From a virus, in the IMG/VR virus record IMGVR_UViG_3300034283_001913, positions 1 to 64,000 of that record: DNA of 64,000 nt; one strand, given 5' to 3'. Positions 36,201 through 44,682 of the stretch are shown here, piece after piece (position 1 is the first letter of the stretch; every line of letters starts with the position of its first letter). The notes under the pieces are model-generated. The model worked only from the letters and a program-made list of their open reading frames with translations, was not told where the DNA came from and did not search any database. A program made the position numbers and the translations under genes.

Positions 36201-38370
36201 TTACGTAGGCTATAAGCAAAGACTTCGTAATCAATATGGTCAAATAGAAGGTATAATTCAGGTTCCGGTATCAACTTGTTGGACAGATAAGAGTACTAAA
36301 TCTACTGCTGAAACAGTAACACTTTTTAATGGTGATATTTACTTAGCTAGATATACAGAAAAGAATACTTTCTTCTATTTCTACGATTGGTTGTATGATC
36401 AGCCGGATGGTTATGAGTTTAACTATCTAGAAAAGCGGATGCTTCCTTATCCTCGCTTTTGGCTCAATAGTCAAAAGTTTGAAGTACAGGATTCTATATC
36501 GGCGCTTACTGATTCAGTGACGTCGTTGTTTACACCTAGCGATCCAATTTGGGAACAGATTCCACCTAGTAGACAATTTTCTTTAGATGGATATTCTTGT
36601 CATGGTATCCTTACTCTTCAAGGAAAAGGCTTTGCTGTAAAGTTTGCGTACTTTTATCTTTTCAACTCTGGAGTAAAAGATTTCTTTGTTGAGACAGAGA
36701 TTAACGTAGGCTTACGTGATTGGGGCGATATGGATTCTCAGAAACATTACCCTATCCTCGATGTCAAAGCTCTTTTTGATACTTCGATTATAAAAGCCGG
36801 TAACTATTACAAATACGATATAAGTCTGGGCATTGGTAAAACGTATCTCAACTATGTTTCCTGGGGAGAAACACAACCTAGAATATATGATCCAAACCTA
36901 GCTGAAACTTGTTATCAGTATTATCCTACAAGAGTAATCTACTCTCTACCTGCACAACGTGAAGGCACAAGAGATAACTGGTACTTGTTTCTTGCCAACA
37001 ACTACTTTGATTTTAACAATAAAGTAAGTTGTATCAAACCGATTAATAAAAACGGTGCGGTAATCTTTTTCTATGCCGAAAGCCCTGTACAATTCTTAGG
37101 AGTAGACCAGCTTCAAACAGATGCTGGTACTAAGCTTACGATTGGTGATGGAGGATTGTTTAGTCAACCTATGCAGAGTCTTCTTAATGCTGACAAACCA
37201 TATCAGTATGGATCTTGTCAAGACAGACTTAGTGTAATCAATACTCCTCTAGGTATCTATTGGATTAACCAAGACCAAGGTAAAATCTTCACTATCAAAG
37301 GTGGTATAACAGAAATATCCGGCGAAGATTTGAGATGGTGGTTCCTTAACTATTTACCATACAAGCTTCTCGAGGCCTTCCCTAATTTTGAGTTAGTAGA
37401 AAACCCAGTAATCGGTATAGGATGTCAATCTATCTACGACAACGAAAACCAGTTAGCGTATTTTACTAAGCGAGATTTTGTTGTAAAAAGAAGTCTTCCG
37501 GCTGGGACTACTATTACATATGTAAACAGGGATAACTTCCTTGTAAACAATATGCTTCCGATAAAGCTAGGCGATCCTGATTATTTTGAAGATGCATCCT
37601 GGACCGTAAGTTTTGATCCTAAGCGAGGAGCTTGGATTAGCTGGCACGATTGGCATCCTAATCTTTTGATCCCAGGTAAAAATACTTTCCTGAGCGTTCT
37701 TAATGATAATCCTAATCAGAATCAGGAGAATGGTATATGGATACATAATTACCGCTGTGACAGCTACTGTAACTATTACGGTATAGACTATCCTTTCGAG
37801 ATAGAATATATGGTCAACACTGTGCAGAACGTAAACACATTGCGGTCGATTCAGTATCAGATGGAAGTATACAAATATGCTGATAACTGCTACGATCGAT
37901 TCCATGTGCTAGATTTTAACTTTGATGAAGCTGTTGTTTATAACACAGAACAGTGTTCAGGTCTTCTCAAGCTTAATCTTACACCTAAGAACAATGCTCC
38001 TTTGATCTTGAGCTATCCACAGGTTAACCCGACTAATATTGAGATCCTTTATTCTAAAGAAGAACAGAAGTATCGCTTCAATCAGTTTTGGGATATTACA
38101 GATAGCAGAGGAGAGTTTCCGATTGGATCGGCTTATCCTCCTCCTACACCTAACGTAGGTTCGTATGCTGAGAGGATGATTTGGAACACAGAACCTAATG
38201 GTTATGTTAGGATTCTTAATCCAAATAACTTAAATTATAGTAAAGATCCTCTGCAAAGAAAAAAGTTTAGACACTACGCAAATTTTGTATTTTTACGTAG
38301 AAAGGTGTCTGGCAATCGTAAGATCCTGGTACTCATTACAAACAACAAAAATCTTCTATCTCAGCGATGA
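33289..38370 (+). CDS. Tail stabilization/muzzle protein
   Basis: 1693 aa with GNEPSN, VYWDDGKNPSR, GYMRDEVYAF, IRHHRFP and WTVSFD...WISWHDWHP motifs. Confidence 0.8.
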   Translation: MAGLQNTSSQDPRRFDKEMNEDINDFHLSPDSWTQARNAINNSKTGDIGKIGNEPSNLFCTKAPYPIIGVIHTQADEWVVFSTDDVNSEIGTFKESSCTYTTLVNDPCLAFDRANLIKGVSRPTGECSFKVYWDDGKNPSRVLDLENIPWIQVCTDENGVVIPGPAGYDPVGCITCVDTTNLDCDKIRLARLVTQPCITVQKGTGGGTLPNGSYFAVIAYTIGGSNTEISSQKVTDYFPPSNLQSLFDHENVAGSLDIIIDSIDPDFDEYELVLVSIINQQTVARRVGIYSTQQKRVTLDIIDSRWVSVPIENIPIRTTVFERSDAMFSVNDYLIRTGPRARFDFNYQPLANQIVTKWVAVEYDQDYYKDGGSNTGYMRDEVYAFFIRWIYDTGDKSASYHIPGRPAFAGEKNFQVSDALPEEISGGFNYKWVIENTASQIGPPTAIPTADGGFQIAEGYMGYWESTEEYPDKKPEIWNANDPAHPWTAPNIVPYPGTNPNANGDYDLCGEKIRHHRFPDSILNFTNGTANHFVGSSPNFNGDPAIRIMGVKFENVRPPVDNQGNIISGVVGFEILRSTRQGNRTVLAKGVVSNMGVYTIEGNITPRTGLYPNYPYNDLNIDPFLSATETNAPVCKIDGSPTAAGDGYTPVGSFSNTIYSFHSPDTNFSKPFLSGKEFKIYEELRGTVTGKFEFSERHPKTKLISNTAFYTSVIVGIGIASVAMNGERTIRRNMPYQIMTPTDLITNAPGVAAANAGYGVMATALATANAAAWDAGGILGLNALGFGPGTYYATLATIGATAGIIPGLAGYSYQIDQKGGATEDIPVPLLIVQGIPTFISFWSQGVDSTLDLIRSIIKYRDFALKYNSHCLYDSFAIPPVSGDRRRSIIEQSYLGPNILDFGSNYRINNLFRSTTVALQVNSPLPFPVGDNTRQLATSPVANLMEPYGLFNNQMRLINPTAKAFTTNSVCYYVGYKQRLRNQYGQIEGIIQVPVSTCWTDKSTKSTAETVTLFNGDIYLARYTEKNTFFYFYDWLYDQPDGYEFNYLEKRMLPYPRFWLNSQKFEVQDSISALTDSVTSLFTPSDPIWEQIPPSRQFSLDGYSCHGILTLQGKGFAVKFAYFYLFNSGVKDFFVETEINVGLRDWGDMDSQKHYPILDVKALFDTSIIKAGNYYKYDISLGIGKTYLNYVSWGETQPRIYDPNLAETCYQYYPTRVIYSLPAQREGTRDNWYLFLANNYFDFNNKVSCIKPINKNGAVIFFYAESPVQFLGVDQLQTDAGTKLTIGDGGLFSQPMQSLLNADKPYQYGSCQDRLSVINTPLGIYWINQDQGKIFTIKGGITEISGEDLRWWFLNYLPYKLLEAFPNFELVENPVIGIGCQSIYDNENQLAYFTKRDFVVKRSLPAGTTITYVNRDNFLVNNMLPIKLGDPDYFEDASWTVSFDPKRGAWISWHDWHPNLLIPGKNTFLSVLNDNPNQNQENGIWIHNYRCDSYCNYYGIDYPFEIEYMVNTVQNVNTLRSIQYQMEVYKYADNCYDRFHVLDFNFDEAVVYNTEQCSGLLKLNLTPKNNAPLILSYPQVNPTNIEILYSKEEQKYRFNQFWDITDSRGEFPIGSAYPPPTPNVGSYAERMIWNTEPNGYVRILNPNNLNYSKDPLQRKKFRHYANFVFLRRKVSGNRKILVLITNNKNLLSQR

Positions 38371-41300
38371 AGAAAAAAGGAGCCATAACAAATACCGGGT
38401 ATCTACCTAACTCGCCAGATAGGTTTAATGATTTCAACATTATACCTAGTCCTTACATTACAATGCAGGGAGTGCCTTATCCTATAATGGCTATACCTAA
38501 TAACCAGGGTCCTCCGACGGTTATGTATCCTGGACAGAATTACATGTTTCCAGGGAGCACTATGGTGAAGGAAATACCTATGCCTATTTTTGAAACAAAA
38601 GAAGATTTCTATAAAGATGCTCTTCGTAGAAAAAGAGATGCTTACTGGGATAATACTTCTTCTGGATCAGGCATACCGTTTCCTACAGCAAACATGCCTT
38701 CAAGATCTACAGGTGTACCATGGCCTACGGTAAAATCTGAATATACTGGGATAGCAATGCAAGTAGGGGGTCCTAGACCTACTATTGTTTACGATAGAAA
38801 TGATCCTAGATTAAAAGCTTATACAGACAGTCTAAGTACATATAACAACGCTCAGCTTTATAATATAGCGATACAAAATTTAGTAAATCAAAACCTTGCA
38901 AATCGTGCTACACGTACTCATGATCGTTATTACCTGACAGGATGGGGATCAAATTATGGTTTTTCATCAGAAGACGAAGCAAAGAGAGCTTATCATCAAT
39001 TTAAGGGGCAGCAAAATAGACTACAATCTCAATACGGATTAGTGTATAATAATGCTGTTAGTCATACAGTTCCTTTTAGGAGTACAGGAACGTTATATTT
39101 TCATCATCCTCCAACATATGATCAGCGTCGAGGATTTACAAATGTTTTCGGGGTGTGGCCCCAAACTGCAATTTTTCCAAGACCTCAGCCTGTAATATAT
39201 CAAGCGCCTCCTGTACCAGCTAAACCGGCATCTAAACCTAAATCAAGTAAGCCGGTGCCAGCCAAACCTAAACCTGCGCCTACTTCAACTCCTGTTTCAA
39301 CACCAGCACCAGTACCAGCACCAGTACCAGCACCAGTACCTGTACCGGTACCTGTACCGGTACCTGCACCAAAAGTGCCGGCTCCAGTACCAGTAGCTAA
39401 ACCTGCTACTTATCAACCTCCTCAATACCAGGTTATGCAAGCAGGTAAACCTCTTTTTAATCCGGATGGTAGCCCGGTGATGCAATCAGGTCGTGCTCCT
39501 TTACCAGCACACCTTCAAGCACCAAACACAACTCCAGAGCAGCGTGCTGCTTGGTGGACAAGTCATGGATATAATTCAACTGGTACAGGTGTTTATAATG
39601 CTCCACCGATTAAAAAAGGTGGTTGGATTAATCAGTATCAGAAAGGTGGAGTAACTATCAACTCAGAAGAAGAGTATCAAAAATCTCTTCTCATGAAGAA
39701 TAAGACTAAGGAGAGAATAGATGCTGAGAGAGCTTGGGTTGCTAAAAAAGTAGCTGCCGCTAATCAAGCTAAAACTCAGCAACCGTTCTTTACCTCTTTT
39801 CCAAAGAGTAGTGGTACACCTTTACCTCAAAGTAGTCCAGCATATACTTATAACTGGAGTCCTGCAGATATTCAATCTAAACCAGGTTCTGTTGCAACAC
39901 CGCAAGTAGTTATGACCAGTGCCTCTATGCCTCAATATGATTATATCAGAGAGGGAAAGGTCATTAAAGCTAAGGCAGAAGCAAAAGAAAAAAAGGATGC
40001 GGCTGACTTGCAGGTTCAAAAAAATCTTTATGGTAATACCTTAGGAACACTTAGATACTACGCTAATAAAACAGAGGAATGGGCAGAAGGAGAAGAAGGA
40101 TCTAAGTATTATTACAAAGACCCAGATACTGGGCAGATGAGATCTTTTAGCGAAGTAGGAGCTTACGAACAAGTAGGTATACCTTTACAATCTGCAGCGT
40201 ATGGTTCTTTTCCACTTTTTGAAGCAGCAGCACCTGTTGTTTCTTTAATGGGAAAAGGAGTTAGTAAAGCTATAGCTCCTATAATGAAGTCAGCATATGT
40301 AACTAATCTAAAACAATCTTTACCTATAGTTGCTAAGGAAACTAATTACGCAGCGCTACGTTTTCTAAATCCTAAGCTTTATAAGCAACAGGTAGATGCT
40401 TTAAATAGAGGAAATACGTGGTCAAAGAATTGGATACAAGATGCGGCTACTATTGAAAAAATTAATAATGATCTTTTAGCGGGAGATATCGGTATAGAAG
40501 CCGCAGACCGCTTATATCGTTGGGAACATGCTCAGTCTAAATTTTATCCATTAAGAAATCAGTACGCTGATATGCTTATAGGAAGACCTCATATTTTTAC
40601 TGATCCTAAAGATCTTGGCGGCAGCGGTGTCATAGGTGGTGTGTATTACCCTCCAAGTTTTACAGCATATGATGATGCTTTATCAGCAATTTTTCCAAAA
40701 AGATCAGGACAATCTTGGGTAAATAGAACCCTTTCTCCTGAAGAATTAGAATCTGTTGCGGTGCATGAAAACACACATGCTTGGACTGATGCTAATGATT
40801 ATTTACCACAGCTCCATCAGGATGTTTATAGATCTATGATTCGGAATCCGATTTATGCTAGACCTAAAACAGATTTTGCAGAGTATATGGTAGATCCTAC
40901 AGAAATACATGCTCGAGTAATGCAGTTACGTCATGCAGAAGGTATAAGACCTAAAGATCTTATTGATGATACTGCGGCCGAAATGTATATGGGATTAGCT
41001 TCTGAAGGTTATTATCGTAACATTTTTGGCGGAAAACAGTTTGGCCAGATGTGGGATAATCCTACTCAAAAAGTAACAGGTTTGTATTTTTCTGAACCTG
41101 TTGAAAGTCAGTATCCTTTAAGTGCTTTGTTTATGGGATCTTATGCTAAAGGCGGATCTACAAATCCAGATACAGCTAAGAGAATTTTACAATCCGGTTA
41201 TTCCTACGGCAGAAGACTAAGCACTGCTCAGAGAAGATATTTTGCTGCAATAGCGGGTACTGATGAGTACGGTAATGATCCGAAAGAGCAAATGGAAGAC

Positions 41301-44300
41301 GAAACAGAAGTTATGATGGAGTATAAAAAAGGCGGTCTTAAGCGTGGACGCGATAGCAAGCGCACTTCTAAAAATATAAAGAGCAGTATCAATGAGATTC
41401 TTTATAAAAGAAATGAAGATCTCTTTGGACCAAAGGGTAAGAAATATTTTAAGCCTTACCAAGATGGTGGTCAACCTGCAGCTCCTATGACTTACGACGA
41501 GTACGCGGATGCTTATTTTCAAAAGCTTGCGGAACTAGAAGCTGAAAAAGCTCGCGTTGCTCAAGTGAGATCTAATATTATACCTACAGCTCAAAAAATA
41601 GATGCAGCAGCCAACCCTCAAAAATTCTTAGTAGGAGCACCTGCTACTGGTAATTTTTGCAATGCTTATACAAATCAGTGTTACAATATTGCTGGTGCTA
41701 CAACAGTTGCTCCAATTGGGAACATACCTGCAGGATCTCGTATGCCAATGATTCCTGGTAACCTTGCTCAACAAGCTGTTTTATCTCAAGAAGGAATAGT
41801 TCCTATTCCTTTATCAGAAGCTCAACCAGGAGACATTATAAAGAAAGAGTACTATTCACCGGGTCTTCCTTGGCAAGGAAATTATAATCCGAAAGGAAAT
41901 CCTTATTGGTCACCGGGACATAGTATGATCTATGCTGGTACTGATGCTCAAGGAAATCCTATGGTTTACAATAGTCCTGGTGGTAGAAATGTTTTTGAGT
42001 CTAGAACTTTCAAACCTTCTGAGTGGAAAGAAAATACTCGAGGTACTTTTACAGGTAGCCCTATGGGTACATCTAGAATGCAAGCTTATAAGTATGTAGG
42101 TAATACTCCAACTCTTGAATCAGAAGCTCAACAGAATCGTCAACAGATGCTAGCAGCTACACCTTACATAGCACCAAAACCAGCATATTTGTCTTCTCCA
42201 GTTACTGGTGTTATTACTCCTAACTACCAGCAAATGTATGATCAAAGAAAAGAGCAGTTTGATCAAGAAAGAAAAGCTATAGAAAATAAAAAATATTTAT
42301 CAAAACGTAAGAAAAAAGCTGATTTAGAAGCTCTTGATCAACAAGAAAAAGATACTTTAGCAATGTACATACAACCTACGTCACCCGTAGTACAAAACAA
42401 CAATGATATGAGTACTCCACAAAAAAAGCAAGGAGGCATCGCATTCCCACAGCAGCCTACTGAAGAAAGATTCTTTGAAAGAGGATATGTTCCTAATTCT
42501 CCTGTGGGATTTTATGCTATGGGAGGGCCAACAGATATGATTGCTTTCCCTCAGCAACCGCCGGCAAATATGTTCTTTAGCGGCTATCCGTTCCAACCTC
42601 AATATATGGGTGGCGGAAGTACTTATACTCATTATAATATGGGAGGAATTTATCAAAACGGAGGAAGCCCTCAAAATTTAAGTACAGTATATTCTGACTA
42701 TAAAACTGTTTATCAAGGGATGTCTCCTCAAGATATTCAGGAAGAATTGTCAAATGTTAATGCTCAAATAGCTGCCCCTAATGTTTATCCTCAAGAAGGA
42801 TTAGACATTAAGCGACAAGTTCTTATGGATATACTTTATGCTCCTAAAAAGAATATGGGAGGAAAAGTTCTTCCTGGAGGAGCTCATGAAAATGTTCCTT
42901 GTATGGAATGCGGAGGAAGCTACGATGTTGGCGGATCAATCTTCGGATACGGTTATCGCCCTGCCACTGAGTTTGGTGGTAATGTAGGTTTAGAGCAAGC
43001 TCAAAATGAGATGGTAGAGACTTACAAAAAGGGTGGTAAAAAAGCTAAAGCTGCTCTAATGAAATACATGCGCTCTATGCGTAAACAAGACGGTGGAGAA
43101 GCTCCTCAGAATGTAGGTCAGAGCGGTTATCTTATGGATAATCAAACAACTTTTAACAACTACCTAAAAGATAATATGCTTACTGCGGTAGATGAAAAAG
43201 TTGCTGATGAAATGTTTCAAGATGGCGGAAGCTTCGGATTCAATCCTTACAACTCTATGCAACAAAGAGCGGATATGAATCGATATAACTCAGGAGAACA
43301 AGCTAGAGCACAAGCTCGTGCTAACATGAGAGCTATGAATCAGCAGTTTATTCCGCAAGCTTATAACTCAATCTTTGCTCAAGCTGGAGCGGCTATGCCG
43401 GACACTTATACAGATGATCAAGGTAATGAGGTACCAATGACTCCAGAAAAATGGGCTCAGATACAGGCAGGAACACCGGGAAGTAATACTAATTATGATC
43501 CTTCAATGATTTGTACAAGTCAAGGTTGTTTTCCTCAAAGAACTGGTCAAACATCTTCTAATTATCTTACCAAAGAGGATGCTCAAAAAATGCTTGATGA
43601 TTATCTAAAGCAGTATTACCCTCAGGGAAATTATCCTGTATATAATCCGTATGGATATAATCCTTATGGGTATAATCCTGAGTATAGAACTGGTTATGGC
43701 ATGTTCCCTTACAATCCTACTGGACCTTATTACAAAACTAAGTTCAAAGGATGGAGCAACATGCCTACTACGTATAACTGGCAACAAGGCACCGGTTATG
43801 TAGCAAACAATCCTACAGCCGGTATGACTCCTGAACAAATAGAAAAGTACTGGGGAGATAAAGGCTTTAAGGCTAATGTTGAAGTAGATAAAAAAAGCGG
43901 CCTATTACATACAATTGCTCCTACAAGATTTGCACCTCGCCGAGTAAAGACTAATGTAAGTCTTGAAAGGATGCCTGGTCAAAGCGGATCATCTTCAGCG
44001 AGTGGATCAAGTTCTACAACTGGATCATCTTCGACAACAGGATCAAATTATACAGACCCTAATGCTAATCCTGCAGGAGATATGCCAAGAGATGCTCAAG
44101 GAAATATCATAATGGCTAATCCTTATGCTCAAAGATTTGAACAAGTTGTGACACCTGAACAAGAACAGCAGATGGATGCTCTTTTATACCGTCGTAAAAT
44201 GGGAGGAGCATATGCATACGGTGGATATTATCAAGATGGTGGTGAAGAAACGGCTCATGAAGGAATAGGTAACTCTATGGGTTATAGCACTGATGAGCGT

Positions 44301-44681
44301 CGTCGTTTTGGAATCTTTACAAATCCTTCTACACCACCGTGGATGATTGCCGGATTAGATTTAGGAGCAAGAATCGGAGAGATGGACGAACAACAAGCTA
44401 TGTTGGATCGTATCCGCTCTCGTCAAGGAGCGGATGCTAACTATTACGCTCAGGGTATGAAAAAAGGAGATTATACATTTGATATTTATGCCGGACAAAG
44501 TTTCCGCCCAGATCAAATGGGAGCAAAGGTTCAACCTGGATCTATGGGTAATATAGGAGCTATGAATATTGGTAATCCTTATCAAAGTAAACTAGGTGGT
44601 GAAAACGACTATGTTTACATGGATGACAATGAGATTGCGGAGTTTATGGCAAAAGGTGGTACAATTGAATACTTAGACTAA
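38367..44681 (+). CDS. Large modular cargo protein with zincin-like (HENTH) and NlpC/P60-CHAP-like modules
   Basis: HExxH at about aa 800; FCNAY...QPGDII...GHSMIY at about aa 1098-1190; about 20 xxxGG motifs. Confidence 0.7.
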   Translation: MKKKGAITNTGYLPNSPDRFNDFNIIPSPYITMQGVPYPIMAIPNNQGPPTVMYPGQNYMFPGSTMVKEIPMPIFETKEDFYKDALRRKRDAYWDNTSSGSGIPFPTANMPSRSTGVPWPTVKSEYTGIAMQVGGPRPTIVYDRNDPRLKAYTDSLSTYNNAQLYNIAIQNLVNQNLANRATRTHDRYYLTGWGSNYGFSSEDEAKRAYHQFKGQQNRLQSQYGLVYNNAVSHTVPFRSTGTLYFHHPPTYDQRRGFTNVFGVWPQTAIFPRPQPVIYQAPPVPAKPASKPKSSKPVPAKPKPAPTSTPVSTPAPVPAPVPAPVPVPVPVPVPAPKVPAPVPVAKPATYQPPQYQVMQAGKPLFNPDGSPVMQSGRAPLPAHLQAPNTTPEQRAAWWTSHGYNSTGTGVYNAPPIKKGGWINQYQKGGVTINSEEEYQKSLLMKNKTKERIDAERAWVAKKVAAANQAKTQQPFFTSFPKSSGTPLPQSSPAYTYNWSPADIQSKPGSVATPQVVMTSASMPQYDYIREGKVIKAKAEAKEKKDAADLQVQKNLYGNTLGTLRYYANKTEEWAEGEEGSKYYYKDPDTGQMRSFSEVGAYEQVGIPLQSAAYGSFPLFEAAAPVVSLMGKGVSKAIAPIMKSAYVTNLKQSLPIVAKETNYAALRFLNPKLYKQQVDALNRGNTWSKNWIQDAATIEKINNDLLAGDIGIEAADRLYRWEHAQSKFYPLRNQYADMLIGRPHIFTDPKDLGGSGVIGGVYYPPSFTAYDDALSAIFPKRSGQSWVNRTLSPEELESVAVHENTHAWTDANDYLPQLHQDVYRSMIRNPIYARPKTDFAEYMVDPTEIHARVMQLRHAEGIRPKDLIDDTAAEMYMGLASEGYYRNIFGGKQFGQMWDNPTQKVTGLYFSEPVESQYPLSALFMGSYAKGGSTNPDTAKRILQSGYSYGRRLSTAQRRYFAAIAGTDEYGNDPKEQMEDETEVMMEYKKGGLKRGRDSKRTSKNIKSSINEILYKRNEDLFGPKGKKYFKPYQDGGQPAAPMTYDEYADAYFQKLAELEAEKARVAQVRSNIIPTAQKIDAAANPQKFLVGAPATGNFCNAYTNQCYNIAGATTVAPIGNIPAGSRMPMIPGNLAQQAVLSQEGIVPIPLSEAQPGDIIKKEYYSPGLPWQGNYNPKGNPYWSPGHSMIYAGTDAQGNPMVYNSPGGRNVFESRTFKPSEWKENTRGTFTGSPMGTSRMQAYKYVGNTPTLESEAQQNRQQMLAATPYIAPKPAYLSSPVTGVITPNYQQMYDQRKEQFDQERKAIENKKYLSKRKKKADLEALDQQEKDTLAMYIQPTSPVVQNNNDMSTPQKKQGGIAFPQQPTEERFFERGYVPNSPVGFYAMGGPTDMIAFPQQPPANMFFSGYPFQPQYMGGGSTYTHYNMGGIYQNGGSPQNLSTVYSDYKTVYQGMSPQDIQEELSNVNAQIAAPNVYPQEGLDIKRQVLMDILYAPKKNMGGKVLPGGAHENVPCMECGGSYDVGGSIFGYGYRPATEFGGNVGLEQAQNEMVETYKKGGKKAKAALMKYMRSMRKQDGGEAPQNVGQSGYLMDNQTTFNNYLKDNMLTAVDEKVADEMFQDGGSFGFNPYNSMQQRADMNRYNSGEQARAQARANMRAMNQQFIPQAYNSIFAQAGAAMPDTYTDDQGNEVPMTPEKWAQIQAGTPGSNTNYDPSMICTSQGCFPQRTGQTSSNYLTKEDAQKMLDDYLKQYYPQGNYPVYNPYGYNPYGYNPEYRTGYGMFPYNPTGPYYKTKFKGWSNMPTTYNWQQGTGYVANNPTAGMTPEQIEKYWGDKGFKANVEVDKKSGLLHTIAPTRFAPRRVKTNVSLERMPGQSGSSSASGSSSTTGSSSTTGSNYTDPNANPAGDMPRDAQGNIIMANPYAQRFEQVVTPEQEQQMDALLYRRKMGGAYAYGGYYQDGGEETAHEGIGNSMGYSTDERRRFGIFTNPSTPPWMIAGLDLGARIGEMDEQQAMLDRIRSRQGADANYYAQGMKKGDYTFDIYAGQSFRPDQMGAKVQPGSMGNIGAMNIGNPYQSKLGGENDYVYMDDNEIAEFMAKGGTIEYLD
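39297..39395 (+). repeat. In-frame Pro-Ala/Pro-Val tandem repeat
   Basis: ACCAGCACCAGT x3, then ACCTGTACCGGT x2. Confidence 0.85.
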
Positions 44682-44682
44682 C

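Noticed and set aside
39297-39395. CRISPR-like or mobile repeat
   Set aside because: Short in-frame tandem repeat without spacers, encoding a Pro-rich linker.
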